From NCBI GenBank assembly GCA_964532415.1, contig CAZHHN010000004.1, positions 1 to 59,815 of the forward strand: a stretch of 59,815 nucleotides of DNA, written 5' to 3'. This DNA is from an uncultured Gammaproteobacteria bacterium. GTDB lineage: Bacteria > Patescibacteriota > Patescibacteriia > SG8-24 > DYFX01. The notes under the pieces are model-generated. The model searched no databases. It was not told where the DNA came from and saw only the letters and a list, made by a program, of their open reading frames with translations. This document shows positions 19,007-27,864 of the stretch, one piece after another (within the stretch, counting starts at the first letter, position 1; each line of letters opens with the position of its first letter). The position numbers were made by a program, and so were the translations under genes.

Positions 19007-19846
19007 TTAAGGTGTTGAGATGGTGCCGCCGCCGGAAATCGTGCCCGTACCAGTAATGGAAGGTCCATTTCTACCCAGCTGTATAGTTCCTTGATTGAGG
19101 TTAATAGTTGGCATTCCATCAGATATGATTTTCAAATTTTTCTCCTGTGTATCTACCTGTAAAAAGGTATTAACAAATTCGCAGTTACTAAAAGTGGTCT
19201 GTTTTATGGCTCCATCGAATAGAATTCGAGCAGGCTCCAAAAGGAAGTTTTGACCTTTAAACCAAAGATTCCCGAATAGATCAACAGGTGATTTACGTGC
19301 ATCAACCTGTATTCCAATTTCACCCTTTTTGTATCTTAACTTAAGAAAATTGAGCGTAAACGAGATATCCCAAGCCAAATAATCACCGGATACCCATTCA
19401 TTGTCGATTATTTCTAGCGCTTTCCTATCCAGTTCATCATATAACCTTATGGATAAACTCAGACTACCTCCTGCATTTACCCTTAACGAAACGATAACTT
19501 CGTCATCAATTTTTAAAATCGCACCTTGTCTTTTAAATGTATTTCCACCGAGCCTAATGACCGGCACATCTTGAGGGATATGAAGATACCCTTCAACTTT
19601 ATTTGTTTGTTTGTTAACTGGGCTAGATTTTATTTCTCGTTGCTTATTTTCCTTGATAACTCTTATTTCAGTATGATGCGTGGGGCAAAGACACATCATA
19701 TCTTCTGGTCGATTATGGTGTTCTCGTTCCCAAGGAATAATATGGTGGTATTCAATAATTGGAATCCCGCATTTACAACAACCAAAACCAGCCTCTTGTC
19801 TGAGGATTAATTTTACATCTGATGGAATCTGTGGTCTGGTGCGCAT
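19007..19846 (-). CDS. HNH endonuclease with an unrecognised ~200-aa C-terminal domain, in an AT-rich cassette
   Basis: The N-terminus carries the HNH signature CCKCG...EYHHIIPW...HN...LCPTHH. The gene is far lower in GC than its flanks. Confidence 0.75.
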   Translation of the reverse strand: MRTRPQIPSDVKLILRQEAGFGCCKCGIPIIEYHHIIPWEREHHNRPEDMMCLCPTHHTEIRVIKENKQREIKSSPVNKQTNKVEGYLHIPQDVPVIRLGGNTFKRQGAILKIDDEVIVSLRVNAGGSLSLSIRLYDELDRKALEIIDNEWVSGDYLAWDISFTLNFLKLRYKKGEIGIQVDARKSPVDLFGNLWFKGQNFLLEPARILFDGAIKQTTFSNCEFVNTFLQVDTQEKNLKIISDGMPTINLNQGTIQLGRNGPSITGTGTISGGGTISTP

Positions 19847-19865
19847 CTCTATGCCTAGAGAAACA

Positions 19866-20006
19866 TTATTGCTGCTCCTGAATCATCTCTCTTCCACATT
19901 GTGAACACCTTGGCGCATCTCCTATCAATACACCAATAAGTAACCTTTCGTGATTTTGTGGACAAACCCATGAAGTCGGTCTTCCCGGATTAATTTGAAT
20001 CCCCAT
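19866..20006 (-). CDS. Possible 46-aa zinc-ribbon-like mini-protein
   Basis: Hand-translated as MGIQINPGRPTSWVCPQNHERLLIGVLIGDAPRCSQCGREMIQEQQ (CxxxH...CxxC). It ends 19 nt upstream of the HNH start, on the same strand and with the same AT-rich composition. No clear SD. Confidence 0.3.
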   Translation of the reverse strand: MGIQINPGRPTSWVCPQNHERLLIGVLIGDAPRCSQCGREMIQEQQ

Positions 20007-20180
20007 AGATTAAAAGCTGTCTGATTGCTTAGTGCAGCGTCGTTAGTTGTCCGATCTTACTGGATTTCAGGCGAACACGTAAACCCTTTCTTTTCAAGGG
20101 TTTGGCTGGGGATCAAAAAGACCATCTTTTGAGGCTTTGACGCGGCAAAATGCCCTTGGTTAGGCCGGCGGCCTGTTCAT

Positions 20181-20621
20181 CTATCTCACCACCCTGAACG
20201 AATCCGTCACCGAAAAAATCGCTTTGGCATCATATCGGCGCCAGTGATCGGTATTGAGGCGCTCGATGAGAATGAGGGTACCGGAGGCGGAAACGCGATC
20301 GCCGACCTTGTGGGGCGCGGGAGCTTCCGACATCAGGTTGAAATTGAGGGCATAGTTGGCGCCATCGTCGGCATGGAGGCCAGGAACGCATTCCTCGGCG
20401 GGCGGGTAGTCGGGCGCGGGCGGGAGACAGACGATCGTGCCGGAGAGGACGGCGCGTTGGGGTTGGTAGGCGGCGGGCGGGGTTGCGGTCGGCGGGGCGG
20501 ACGGAGTAAAGAGCGAGGAGCGGCCGCTCAGCCAGACGAGGAGCGGCAGGCCGAAAAAGAGAAGCAGCACCGTGGCGGCGCCGGACCAGTCTTCGGTTTT
20601 CCAGTCCTTGAAGGGTTTCAC
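20181..20621 (-). CDS. Hypothetical membrane-anchored protein
   Basis: Start moved to GTG 20621 (VKPFKDWKTEDW..., TM ATVLLLFFGLPLLVWL). The longer ORF would run through a strong hairpin and a tRNA-like gene. Confidence 0.5.
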   Translation of the reverse strand: MKPFKDWKTEDWSGAATVLLLFFGLPLLVWLSGRSSLFTPSAPPTATPPAAYQPQRAVLSGTIVCLPPAPDYPPAEECVPGLHADDGANYALNFNLMSEAPAPHKVGDRVSASGTLILIERLNTDHWRRYDAKAIFSVTDSFRVVR

Positions 20622-20635
20622 GGTTCCAGTGTAAA

Positions 20636-20663
20636 CGAAAACTCCCCCTTCGGGGAGTTTTCG
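20636..20663 (-). terminator. Strong hairpin with U-tract (terminator or leader element)
   Basis: 12-bp stem CGAAAACTCCCC / GGGGAGTTTTCG with a 4-nt loop. On the minus strand it is followed by TTTTCGTTT. Confidence 0.5.
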
Positions 20664-20738
20664 TCGGCTTTCGCCAAGCGGCCAGACTTGATACTGACGT
20701 AATGCTACGCCCTTCACCGCAAGTTTGTCAATCTGCGG

Positions 20739-20810
20739 TGGTGGACCGCCGGGGACTCGAACCCCAAGGCCAGGATTATCAGGTCCGTCTGCCGCCTCGG
20801 CTGACGGCCC
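20739..20810 (-). ncRNA. tRNA-like element (acceptor helix, T-arm and CCA; no canonical anticodon arm)
   Basis: Minus-strand RNA: GGGCCGU CA GCC-GAGGC-GGC A GACGGACCUGAUAAUCCUGGCCU UGGGG-UUCGAGU-CCCCG GCGGUCC A CCA. The acceptor helix has 7 bp with G3:U70. No 5-bp/7-nt anticodon stem-loop can be drawn. Confidence 0.5.
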
Positions 20811-20873
20811 ACGTCGGGGTCCTAACAAAGGCATGGTTTTTCACGCAGTCTGATGGGTTTTCGGACCATTTCC

Positions 20874-21488
20874 TCAGGCTCCGACCGTGCCCGTCTTCAA
20901 CTCCCCGGCCGGTTCGTACGTCCCGATCAGCACGCCGCTCGCCGAGACCTTGGAATCAACCATCTTCCAGCTGCGCGGCAGCGTTCCTTCGGCGAACAGC
21001 CGCTTCCCTTGCCCAATCGTCACCGGAAACGTCCAGATATGCATCCGGTCCACCAGCTCATTCTTGAGCAGCACCTGAATCAGGTTGCCGCTCCCGTGCA
21101 CCCACAAGTCCGGCGCGTCCATCGTCTTGAGCCTTTTGATCTCCGTCACCACGTCGCCGCTGATACATTCCGTATTCGCCCAGCTTGGCGTGAACGCCCC
21201 ATGCGACACAACGTACTTCTTGTTGGCATTGAACGGCGCCGCCACTTCCTGGTCGTTTTGGGCCGTCGGCCAGTACGAGGCGAAAATATCGTACGTCACC
21301 CGTCCGAGCAGCAGCTCGAACGGCATGTGCATGAAGTCGTTCATCATCTTGCCCATCATCTCATCCCATTCCTGATGTGCCATCCAGCCGCCGTATTCGA
21401 AACCTCCCGACGTGTCCTCCGCGGGCCCGCCGGGCGCCTGCATGACGCCATCGAGGGTGACGAAGGTCGTGGTAATGATCCTGCGCAT
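20874..21488 (-). CDS. Dihydrofolate reductase family protein (RibD C-terminal domain type)
   Basis: MRRIITTTFVTLDGVMQAPGGP...LLLGRVTYDIFASYWP...LWVHGSGNL is typical of the YyaP/RibD_C family. Confidence 0.8.
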   Translation of the reverse strand: MRRIITTTFVTLDGVMQAPGGPAEDTSGGFEYGGWMAHQEWDEMMGKMMNDFMHMPFELLLGRVTYDIFASYWPTAQNDQEVAAPFNANKKYVVSHGAFTPSWANTECISGDVVTEIKRLKTMDAPDLWVHGSGNLIQVLLKNELVDRMHIWTFPVTIGQGKRLFAEGTLPRSWKMVDSKVSASGVLIGTYEPAGELKTGTVGA

Positions 21489-21614
21489 ATGTCGGAATAG
21501 GTAATTAAAGCCTTGCAGTCACTCTAGACGCACTGAGTCGCCTTTTCTTTTCACAATGTTCTCATAACCCCATTTGTAGGTGGTTTTCACGGGATGCCGT
21601 GGATGAAGCGGGAG

Positions 21615-21971
21615 TTACGCGGCTTCACGTCCGGCGCGATGCGGACAGCCGGCCCAGCAGCACGGCCGGCGCATGCCGTCCTCCATTTTTGAACGCGCTT
21701 TCTCGATTCTGATCTTTCTCGTTTCCAGCTGCCTGGCGGAAGTGATCCAACAGATCCACTCGTTGCGCGCGAGGGGCGTGATGCCTTTCCAGACGGCCCG
21801 AGCCGCTGGTGTGGAGGCGAGCATCTTGCGCAGATCGGCCGGCATGCGGTGCACCGCGCCGGCGGCGGCTTCCGGCTTGCGCTTCTTGGCGCCGCCTGGC
21901 CAGCAGACCGGGCACGGGCCGCTGCCGGCGTAGCGATGCCCGCGAGAGCAGGTTTTTTTCTTCGATTCCAT
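21615..21971 (-). CDS. YdeI/OmpD-associated family protein
   Basis: Start taken at MESKKK. A Cys-rich N-terminus is followed by PADLRKMLASTPAARAVWKGITPLARNEWICWITSARQLETRKIRIEKA. Confidence 0.6.
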   Translation of the reverse strand: MESKKKTCSRGHRYAGSGPCPVCWPGGAKKRKPEAAAGAVHRMPADLRKMLASTPAARAVWKGITPLARNEWICWITSARQLETRKIRIEKARSKMEDGMRRPCCWAGCPHRAGREAA

Positions 21972-22234
21972 GCCTTCAGTATAACAAACCCTCGCTCTCC
22001 TACCCCCTCTTGCCATGTGGAGGTCGGTTCTGCCTAGGGTCCAGCAGGCGCCGATCCGAGGCGCGTAACCATTCTTATGGCCAATAGGCTCCGAAACGCG
22101 TGGAGTGCCGTGCGTGAATTCTTCGATCGCTGCCGTTGCGGCGGCACGTTCCTGGTCTGGGATGAAAAGCGGGCGTTCTGCGACCGATGCCACGGGAAGC
22201 AGTTCGAAAGGCGATAAACGCAAACTCCCGAATC

Positions 22235-23476
22235 TCAGATCGGGCAGGCGCTCTCCCCCGCCACGCGGCCCGCCGCCCAGGAAGCCTGCAGATTGAAACC
22301 GCCGGTGAAGCCGTCGATGTCCAGGATTTCTCCGGCGAAAAACAGGCCCGGGGAAATTTTCGATTGCATGGTGCGCGGATCGACGCCGGCCAAATCGACG
22401 CCACCGGCGGTTACGAACTCGTCGCCCGCTCCCCGGCCAACGATCCGGAGCGGCACGTCCTTCAGCCAGGCGACGGCGCGGCGCGCGTCTTTCCTGGAAA
22501 GTTCCACTGCGCGTAAAACGGGATTGAGCTCCAGTTCGCCGCAGAGCACCGTGGCCAGCGATTTCGACATCAGGAAATCCAGCACGTTAACAAGGCTCTT
22601 CTTCGGATGTTCGCGCAGCGCGCCTTCGAACTTTTTCAGCAAAGCTTCTTCTGCCTCGTCCGGGAAGAGATCGATGCGCAACTCCATCGGCTGGGCGGCG
22701 TCATACGTTTCAAACGCCACCAGACTGGAGAGCGCGAAGACGGCCGGTCCGCTCGCGCCGCGGTGCGTGAACAGGAATGGCCCGGTGAACTCGTACGTTT
22801 TTGAGAATTTTGCCCGCAGGCGCGCTTTTTCGAACGACAATCCGGAAACGTCCTTCGGCCACGTCTCGCGCGCAACAAAGGAATTGAGACCGGGCGCGAG
22901 CGGCGTGACGGCATGACCGAGCGCTTCGGCGAAGGCGTAGCCGTCGCCGGTCGAACCGGTATGGCGGAAAGCCTGACCGCCGGTCGTCAGGATGACGCGA
23001 TCGGCTTCCAGCGTCTGGCCGTCTTTGAAATGGAGGCGATAGCCTTCGGTCGTACGCTCGATTCGGACGACGTGATGATTGAGCAGAACGCGGATTTTTG
23101 ATCCGCAGAACAGGCGTTCGAACGCGCCGACCACGTCATGGCCGTCGTCGGACTGCGGAAAGACGCGCAGATCCTCCTCGGTCTTGAGCGGCACGCCATG
23201 CGCCTCGAACCAGGCATAGACGACCTCGGGCGGGAAGCGCCTGATCGCGGAATTCAGGAACTTGCCGCCGCGCGGATACTTCGAAAGCACCGCCCGGATA
23301 TCGCGCAGCCCGGTCGTGACGTTGCAGCGTCCCCCGCCGGAGATGATGACCTTCTTGCCCAAGCCGGCGTTCCGCTCGATCAGGAACGCTTCGGCCCCGG
23401 GGCAACGTTCATGGATGGCGGCGGCGGCCATCAACCCGGCCGCGCCGCCGCCGACGATGGCGATTTTCATGGGCAT
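22235..23476 (-). CDS. NAD(P)/FAD-dependent oxidoreductase, HI0933/BaiN family
   Basis: IAIVGGGAAGLMAA dinucleotide motif, ISGGGRCNVT, and C-terminal FAGEILDIDGFTGGFNLQ. Confidence 0.85.
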   Translation of the reverse strand: MPMKIAIVGGGAAGLMAAAAIHERCPGAEAFLIERNAGLGKKVIISGGGRCNVTTGLRDIRAVLSKYPRGGKFLNSAIRRFPPEVVYAWFEAHGVPLKTEEDLRVFPQSDDGHDVVGAFERLFCGSKIRVLLNHHVVRIERTTEGYRLHFKDGQTLEADRVILTTGGQAFRHTGSTGDGYAFAEALGHAVTPLAPGLNSFVARETWPKDVSGLSFEKARLRAKFSKTYEFTGPFLFTHRGASGPAVFALSSLVAFETYDAAQPMELRIDLFPDEAEEALLKKFEGALREHPKKSLVNVLDFLMSKSLATVLCGELELNPVLRAVELSRKDARRAVAWLKDVPLRIVGRGAGDEFVTAGGVDLAGVDPRTMQSKISPGLFFAGEILDIDGFTGGFNLQASWAAGRVAGESACPI

Positions 23477-23508
23477 AGCCTAGCACATTTTATAAAAACC
23501 GCGCCCTG

Positions 23509-24267
23509 TCAGAAGGCGCGGATGAGATCGGCGAGCTGCCGGACGCGGACGGGATCCAGTTCCGTATGGCTCAGGCTTATGCCAGTGGCGACGAGGAAGG
23601 CATCGACCATCGGCAGATAGGTCGCGACGTTTTCCGGCGTCATGCCGCTGGCGACGGCCAAGGGCTTTCCGCCGATCGCATCGCGCAACGTCCGAATCTT
23701 CAGGTAGGACGGCGGCTCGCCAGTCTGGGAGCCGCTGGTGGTTACGACATCCACGAATAGTCTGGCCACTCGTGCTTCTTCGGCGATGCTTGGGTGCTTC
23801 GGCTGGCCCTTGAAGGCCACGCCGCCGAAATGCAATCCGGACCAGTCGGGACCGAAGCGCTCTTCTCTCGCTTCCTGCATAAGCTCCGCCAAGACGGGAG
23901 ACGTCATGACGGAATGGAGACCGATACCGTCGGTCCAGATGCCAGACGCGTCCAATGGCAGCGTCTGGAAGGCGCGCCTTGGCGTGCGATCGAGGCGATT
24001 CAGACCAATCCACCAGTTCGGATGCGCGGCGCGGACTTGCGTGTAGATCGCATCGAGAGCGAGCGCCTCGATGGCATGATTGATCAGGAAGCCGCCATGC
24101 GCGCCGTTGTCGCGCGCGACGGCGACATTGCGAAGCGCCTGCTCGGCGCTTTCGACATGCACGACCGCCAGGAAGACGCGGCGACATTGAAAGATCTGGT
24201 GAAAGCGCTCTTCGGATTGCATGATACCTCCGTGTCGGAGGAAATCATACCAAGGTACAACTGTCAA
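23509..24267 (-). CDS. BtpA/SgcQ-family TIM-barrel protein
   Basis: C-terminal VVTTSGSQTGEPPSYLKIRTLRDAIGGKPLAVASGMTPENVATYLPMVDAFLVATGIS resembles BtpA. The start is uncertain (possibly MQSEERF at 24222). Confidence 0.6.
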   Translation of the reverse strand: MTVVPWYDFLRHGGIMQSEERFHQIFQCRRVFLAVVHVESAEQALRNVAVARDNGAHGGFLINHAIEALALDAIYTQVRAAHPNWWIGLNRLDRTPRRAFQTLPLDASGIWTDGIGLHSVMTSPVLAELMQEAREERFGPDWSGLHFGGVAFKGQPKHPSIAEEARVARLFVDVVTTSGSQTGEPPSYLKIRTLRDAIGGKPLAVASGMTPENVATYLPMVDAFLVATGISLSHTELDPVRVRQLADLIRAF

Positions 24268-24272
24268 GCGTC

Positions 24273-24297
24273 AAAAGCCGCCGGCCAGGCGGCTTTT
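24273..24297 (-). terminator. Intrinsic terminator after recQ
   Basis: AAAAGCCGCC-GGCCA-GGCGGCTTTT. Confidence 0.6.
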
Positions 24298-24318
24298 GCG
24301 AGATCACGAAGGCTTCCT

Positions 24319-25773
<1,455 letters not shown>

Positions 25774-25847
25774 GCGGCCGGAAATTGATGGATGAATGAT
25801 AGCGCCGCTCTACCCGAAGCCATTCGCGTCACGCAAGGCTCGCGGAC

Positions 25848-26180
25848 TCATCCCGCGATCGGATCCAGCACGATCTTCCTGAAATCGACGACCTTGTCGT
25901 TCTTGTCTATCTTGATGTTTTCTTTCCTGTAGAGCGCCAAGCGCTTGGCACGATGCGCGCGGTTCATCCAGACCCGGCCGTCGGCATAGACGATGCGGTG
26001 ATACGGGATGTTCTTCACGCCGCGCTGCTCGGCTTTCCAGAGGATCGAGGTGATGCTCTGCGACGCCATCGTGCCCCCGCCGGCGGCGCGGGCGATGCGT
26101 CCGTAGGTCGTCACGCGGCCTTTCGGAATCGAGAGCGCGATCTTCACGACCGCTTGGCTGAAGGCCTGCGGCTTTTTCAT
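25848..26180 (-). CDS. MGMT-family DNA-binding protein lacking the acceptor cysteine (alkyltransferase-like)
   Basis: Start at MKKPQAF. TTYGRIARAAGG...NIPYHRIV occupies the place of the PCHR active site, so Cys is replaced by Tyr. Confidence 0.7.
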   Translation of the reverse strand: MKKPQAFSQAVVKIALSIPKGRVTTYGRIARAAGGGTMASQSITSILWKAEQRGVKNIPYHRIVYADGRVWMNRAHRAKRLALYRKENIKIDKNDKVVDFRKIVLDPIAG

Positions 26181-26182
26181 GG

Positions 26183-26956
26183 CTAGGTGCGCATGCCGGT
26201 TCCCTTCCGGAGCAGGTGGAGGTTCACGGCGGCCAGCGCGACGATCACGCCGAACAGCAGCCAGGCGCTCCACCAGACCGAGAGGCTCGCCTGGCCGAAA
26301 AAGCCGTAGCGGAAGCCGTCGACCATGTAGAGGATGGGGTTGAAGCGCGACACCGCCTGCCAGACCGGCGGCAGCTGGGCGATCGAGTAGAAGATGCCGC
26401 CGAGATAAGTGAGCGGGATCAGCACGAAGGTCGAGAAGATGCTGATGTCGTCGAACTTCTTGGCGAAGATGGCGTTCAGGAAGCCGGCCAGTGAAAAGAG
26501 CAGGCTGGTGAGAAGAAGAAACAACAGGACGATCAAGGGATGCTCAATCGGCGGCCGGGCGAAAACCGCCGAGACAGCGTAGACCAGGGCGCCGGTGACC
26601 GTGCCACGGACGACACCGCCGGTCGTGAAACCCGCCAACATGACCCAATCCGGCGTCGGCGAAACCATGATCTCTTCGATGTGGCGGGCGAACTTCGCGA
26701 AGAAGAACGTGCTGACCACGTTGCTGAAACTGTTCTGGATGACGGCCATCAGCACCAGGCCCGGCACGATGAAAGCCATGTACGGCACGCCGCCGACCAG
26801 GCCGACGCGCGAGCCGATGAAGGCTCCGAAGATCAGGAAATAGAGCGATTGGGTGATGAGCGGCGGCAGGAGCGTCTGCATCCAGATGCGGAACATGCGC
26901 GACGTTTCCTTGCGGACGATGGTGAGATAGGCGTTCCAGGCGATCAGGCGGCGCAT
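26183..26956 (-). CDS. ABC-2 type transporter permease
   Basis: Start at MRRLIAWNAY. Six predicted hydrophobic spans. The stop lies 2 nt before the next gene's start. Confidence 0.8.
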   Translation of the reverse strand: MRRLIAWNAYLTIVRKETSRMFRIWMQTLLPPLITQSLYFLIFGAFIGSRVGLVGGVPYMAFIVPGLVLMAVIQNSFSNVVSTFFFAKFARHIEEIMVSPTPDWVMLAGFTTGGVVRGTVTGALVYAVSAVFARPPIEHPLIVLLFLLLTSLLFSLAGFLNAIFAKKFDDISIFSTFVLIPLTYLGGIFYSIAQLPPVWQAVSRFNPILYMVDGFRYGFFGQASLSVWWSAWLLFGVIVALAAVNLHLLRKGTGMRT

Positions 26957-26957
26957 A

Positions 26958-27863
26958 TTATTTGGAGAGCGTCGAAAGGTAAAGCTCCTCGACCCGGTTC
27001 TGGGCATGGGCGGCATCGAACACGCGCAGCCCGGCTTCGCGCACGCGTGCGAAGACGGCGTCCAGGTTTTCTCCCGAAGCGACCGAAACGGTCACGACCG
27101 CGCCTTTGACTTCCCCGGCTCCAATCGCCTTGGCTTGCGCCTCGGTCGGAACGGCGTCGAGTGTCAGGCGATAGCGCCGACCTTCCGCTTCAGCCAGCAG
27201 GCCGTGGACCGATCCGGATTTCACGACTTCGCCCCGCTGGATGATCGCCATGTTCCGGCAGAGCTGCTCGACTTCCTCGAGATAATGCGTCGTGAGCAGG
27301 ATGGTGGTGCCTTCGGCGTTCAGGCGACGCAGATAGTTCCACATGCCGCGCCGCAGTTCGATGTCGACGCCGGCGGTCGGCTCGTCGAGGATCAGCAGCC
27401 TGGGGCGGTGCACCAAGGCGCGGGCGATCATCAGGCGGCGCTTCATGCCGCCCGAAAGCGTCCGCGAGGGCACGGCGCGCTTCTCCCAAAGATCGAGTTC
27501 TTTCAGGAGCTCGTCGGCGCGGGTCTCAGCTTCCCGCCGCGGCATCCCGTAATAGCCGCCCTGCGTGGCGACGATGTCGCGGACGTTTTCGAAAATGTTG
27601 AAGTTGAATTCCTGGGGCACCACGCCGACCAGCGCTTTGGCGCCGTCCGGGTCCCGCTCGCGGTCGATGCCGAAGACCGCGACATCGCCCGCGCTTTTGG
27701 TCGTCAGTCCGACCACGATGTTGATGAGCGTCGTCTTGCCGGCGCCGTTGGCGCCGAGCAGCGCGAAGAAGTCGCCTTGCCCGAGGGAAAGGTCGACGCC
27801 TTTCAGCGCCTCGACGCCGCCGGCGTAGGTCTTGCGGAGACCGACGATCCTGAGCGCCTCCAT
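26958..27863 (-). CDS. ABC transporter ATP-binding protein (DrrA/NodI-like)
   Basis: Start at MEALRIVGL. Walker A GANGAGKTT, signature LSGGMKRR, Walker B LLILDEPT. Confidence 0.9.
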   Translation of the reverse strand: MEALRIVGLRKTYAGGVEALKGVDLSLGQGDFFALLGANGAGKTTLINIVVGLTTKSAGDVAVFGIDRERDPDGAKALVGVVPQEFNFNIFENVRDIVATQGGYYGMPRREAETRADELLKELDLWEKRAVPSRTLSGGMKRRLMIARALVHRPRLLILDEPTAGVDIELRRGMWNYLRRLNAEGTTILLTTHYLEEVEQLCRNMAIIQRGEVVKSGSVHGLLAEAEGRRYRLTLDAVPTEAQAKAIGAGEVKGAVVTVSVASGENLDAVFARVREAGLRVFDAAHAQNRVEELYLSTLSK

Positions 27864-27864
27864 G

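Noticed and set aside
20739-20822. Reading the tRNA-like locus as a canonical tRNA-Ile(GAU), an 84-nt class II tRNA, tRNA-Sec or an 8/4-type tRNA, or a tmRNA.
   Set aside because: - **Standard tRNA:** No register gives a 5-bp anticodon stem.
- **84-nt alternative:** The acceptor GGACCCC/GCGGUCC has a C-C mismatch and leaves an unfoldable core.
- **tRNA-Sec or 8/4 type:** An 8-bp acceptor does not pair, and there is no UCA anticodon.
- **tmRNA:** The element is only 72 nt, and the upstream sequence is a protein gene with no tag reading frame.
20622-20834. Upstream extension of ORF 20181-20834.
   Set aside because: It would translate through a 12-bp terminator hairpin and the tRNA-like gene, and its sequence is Pro/Gly-rich and featureless. 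A GTG at 20621 precedes the TM segment.
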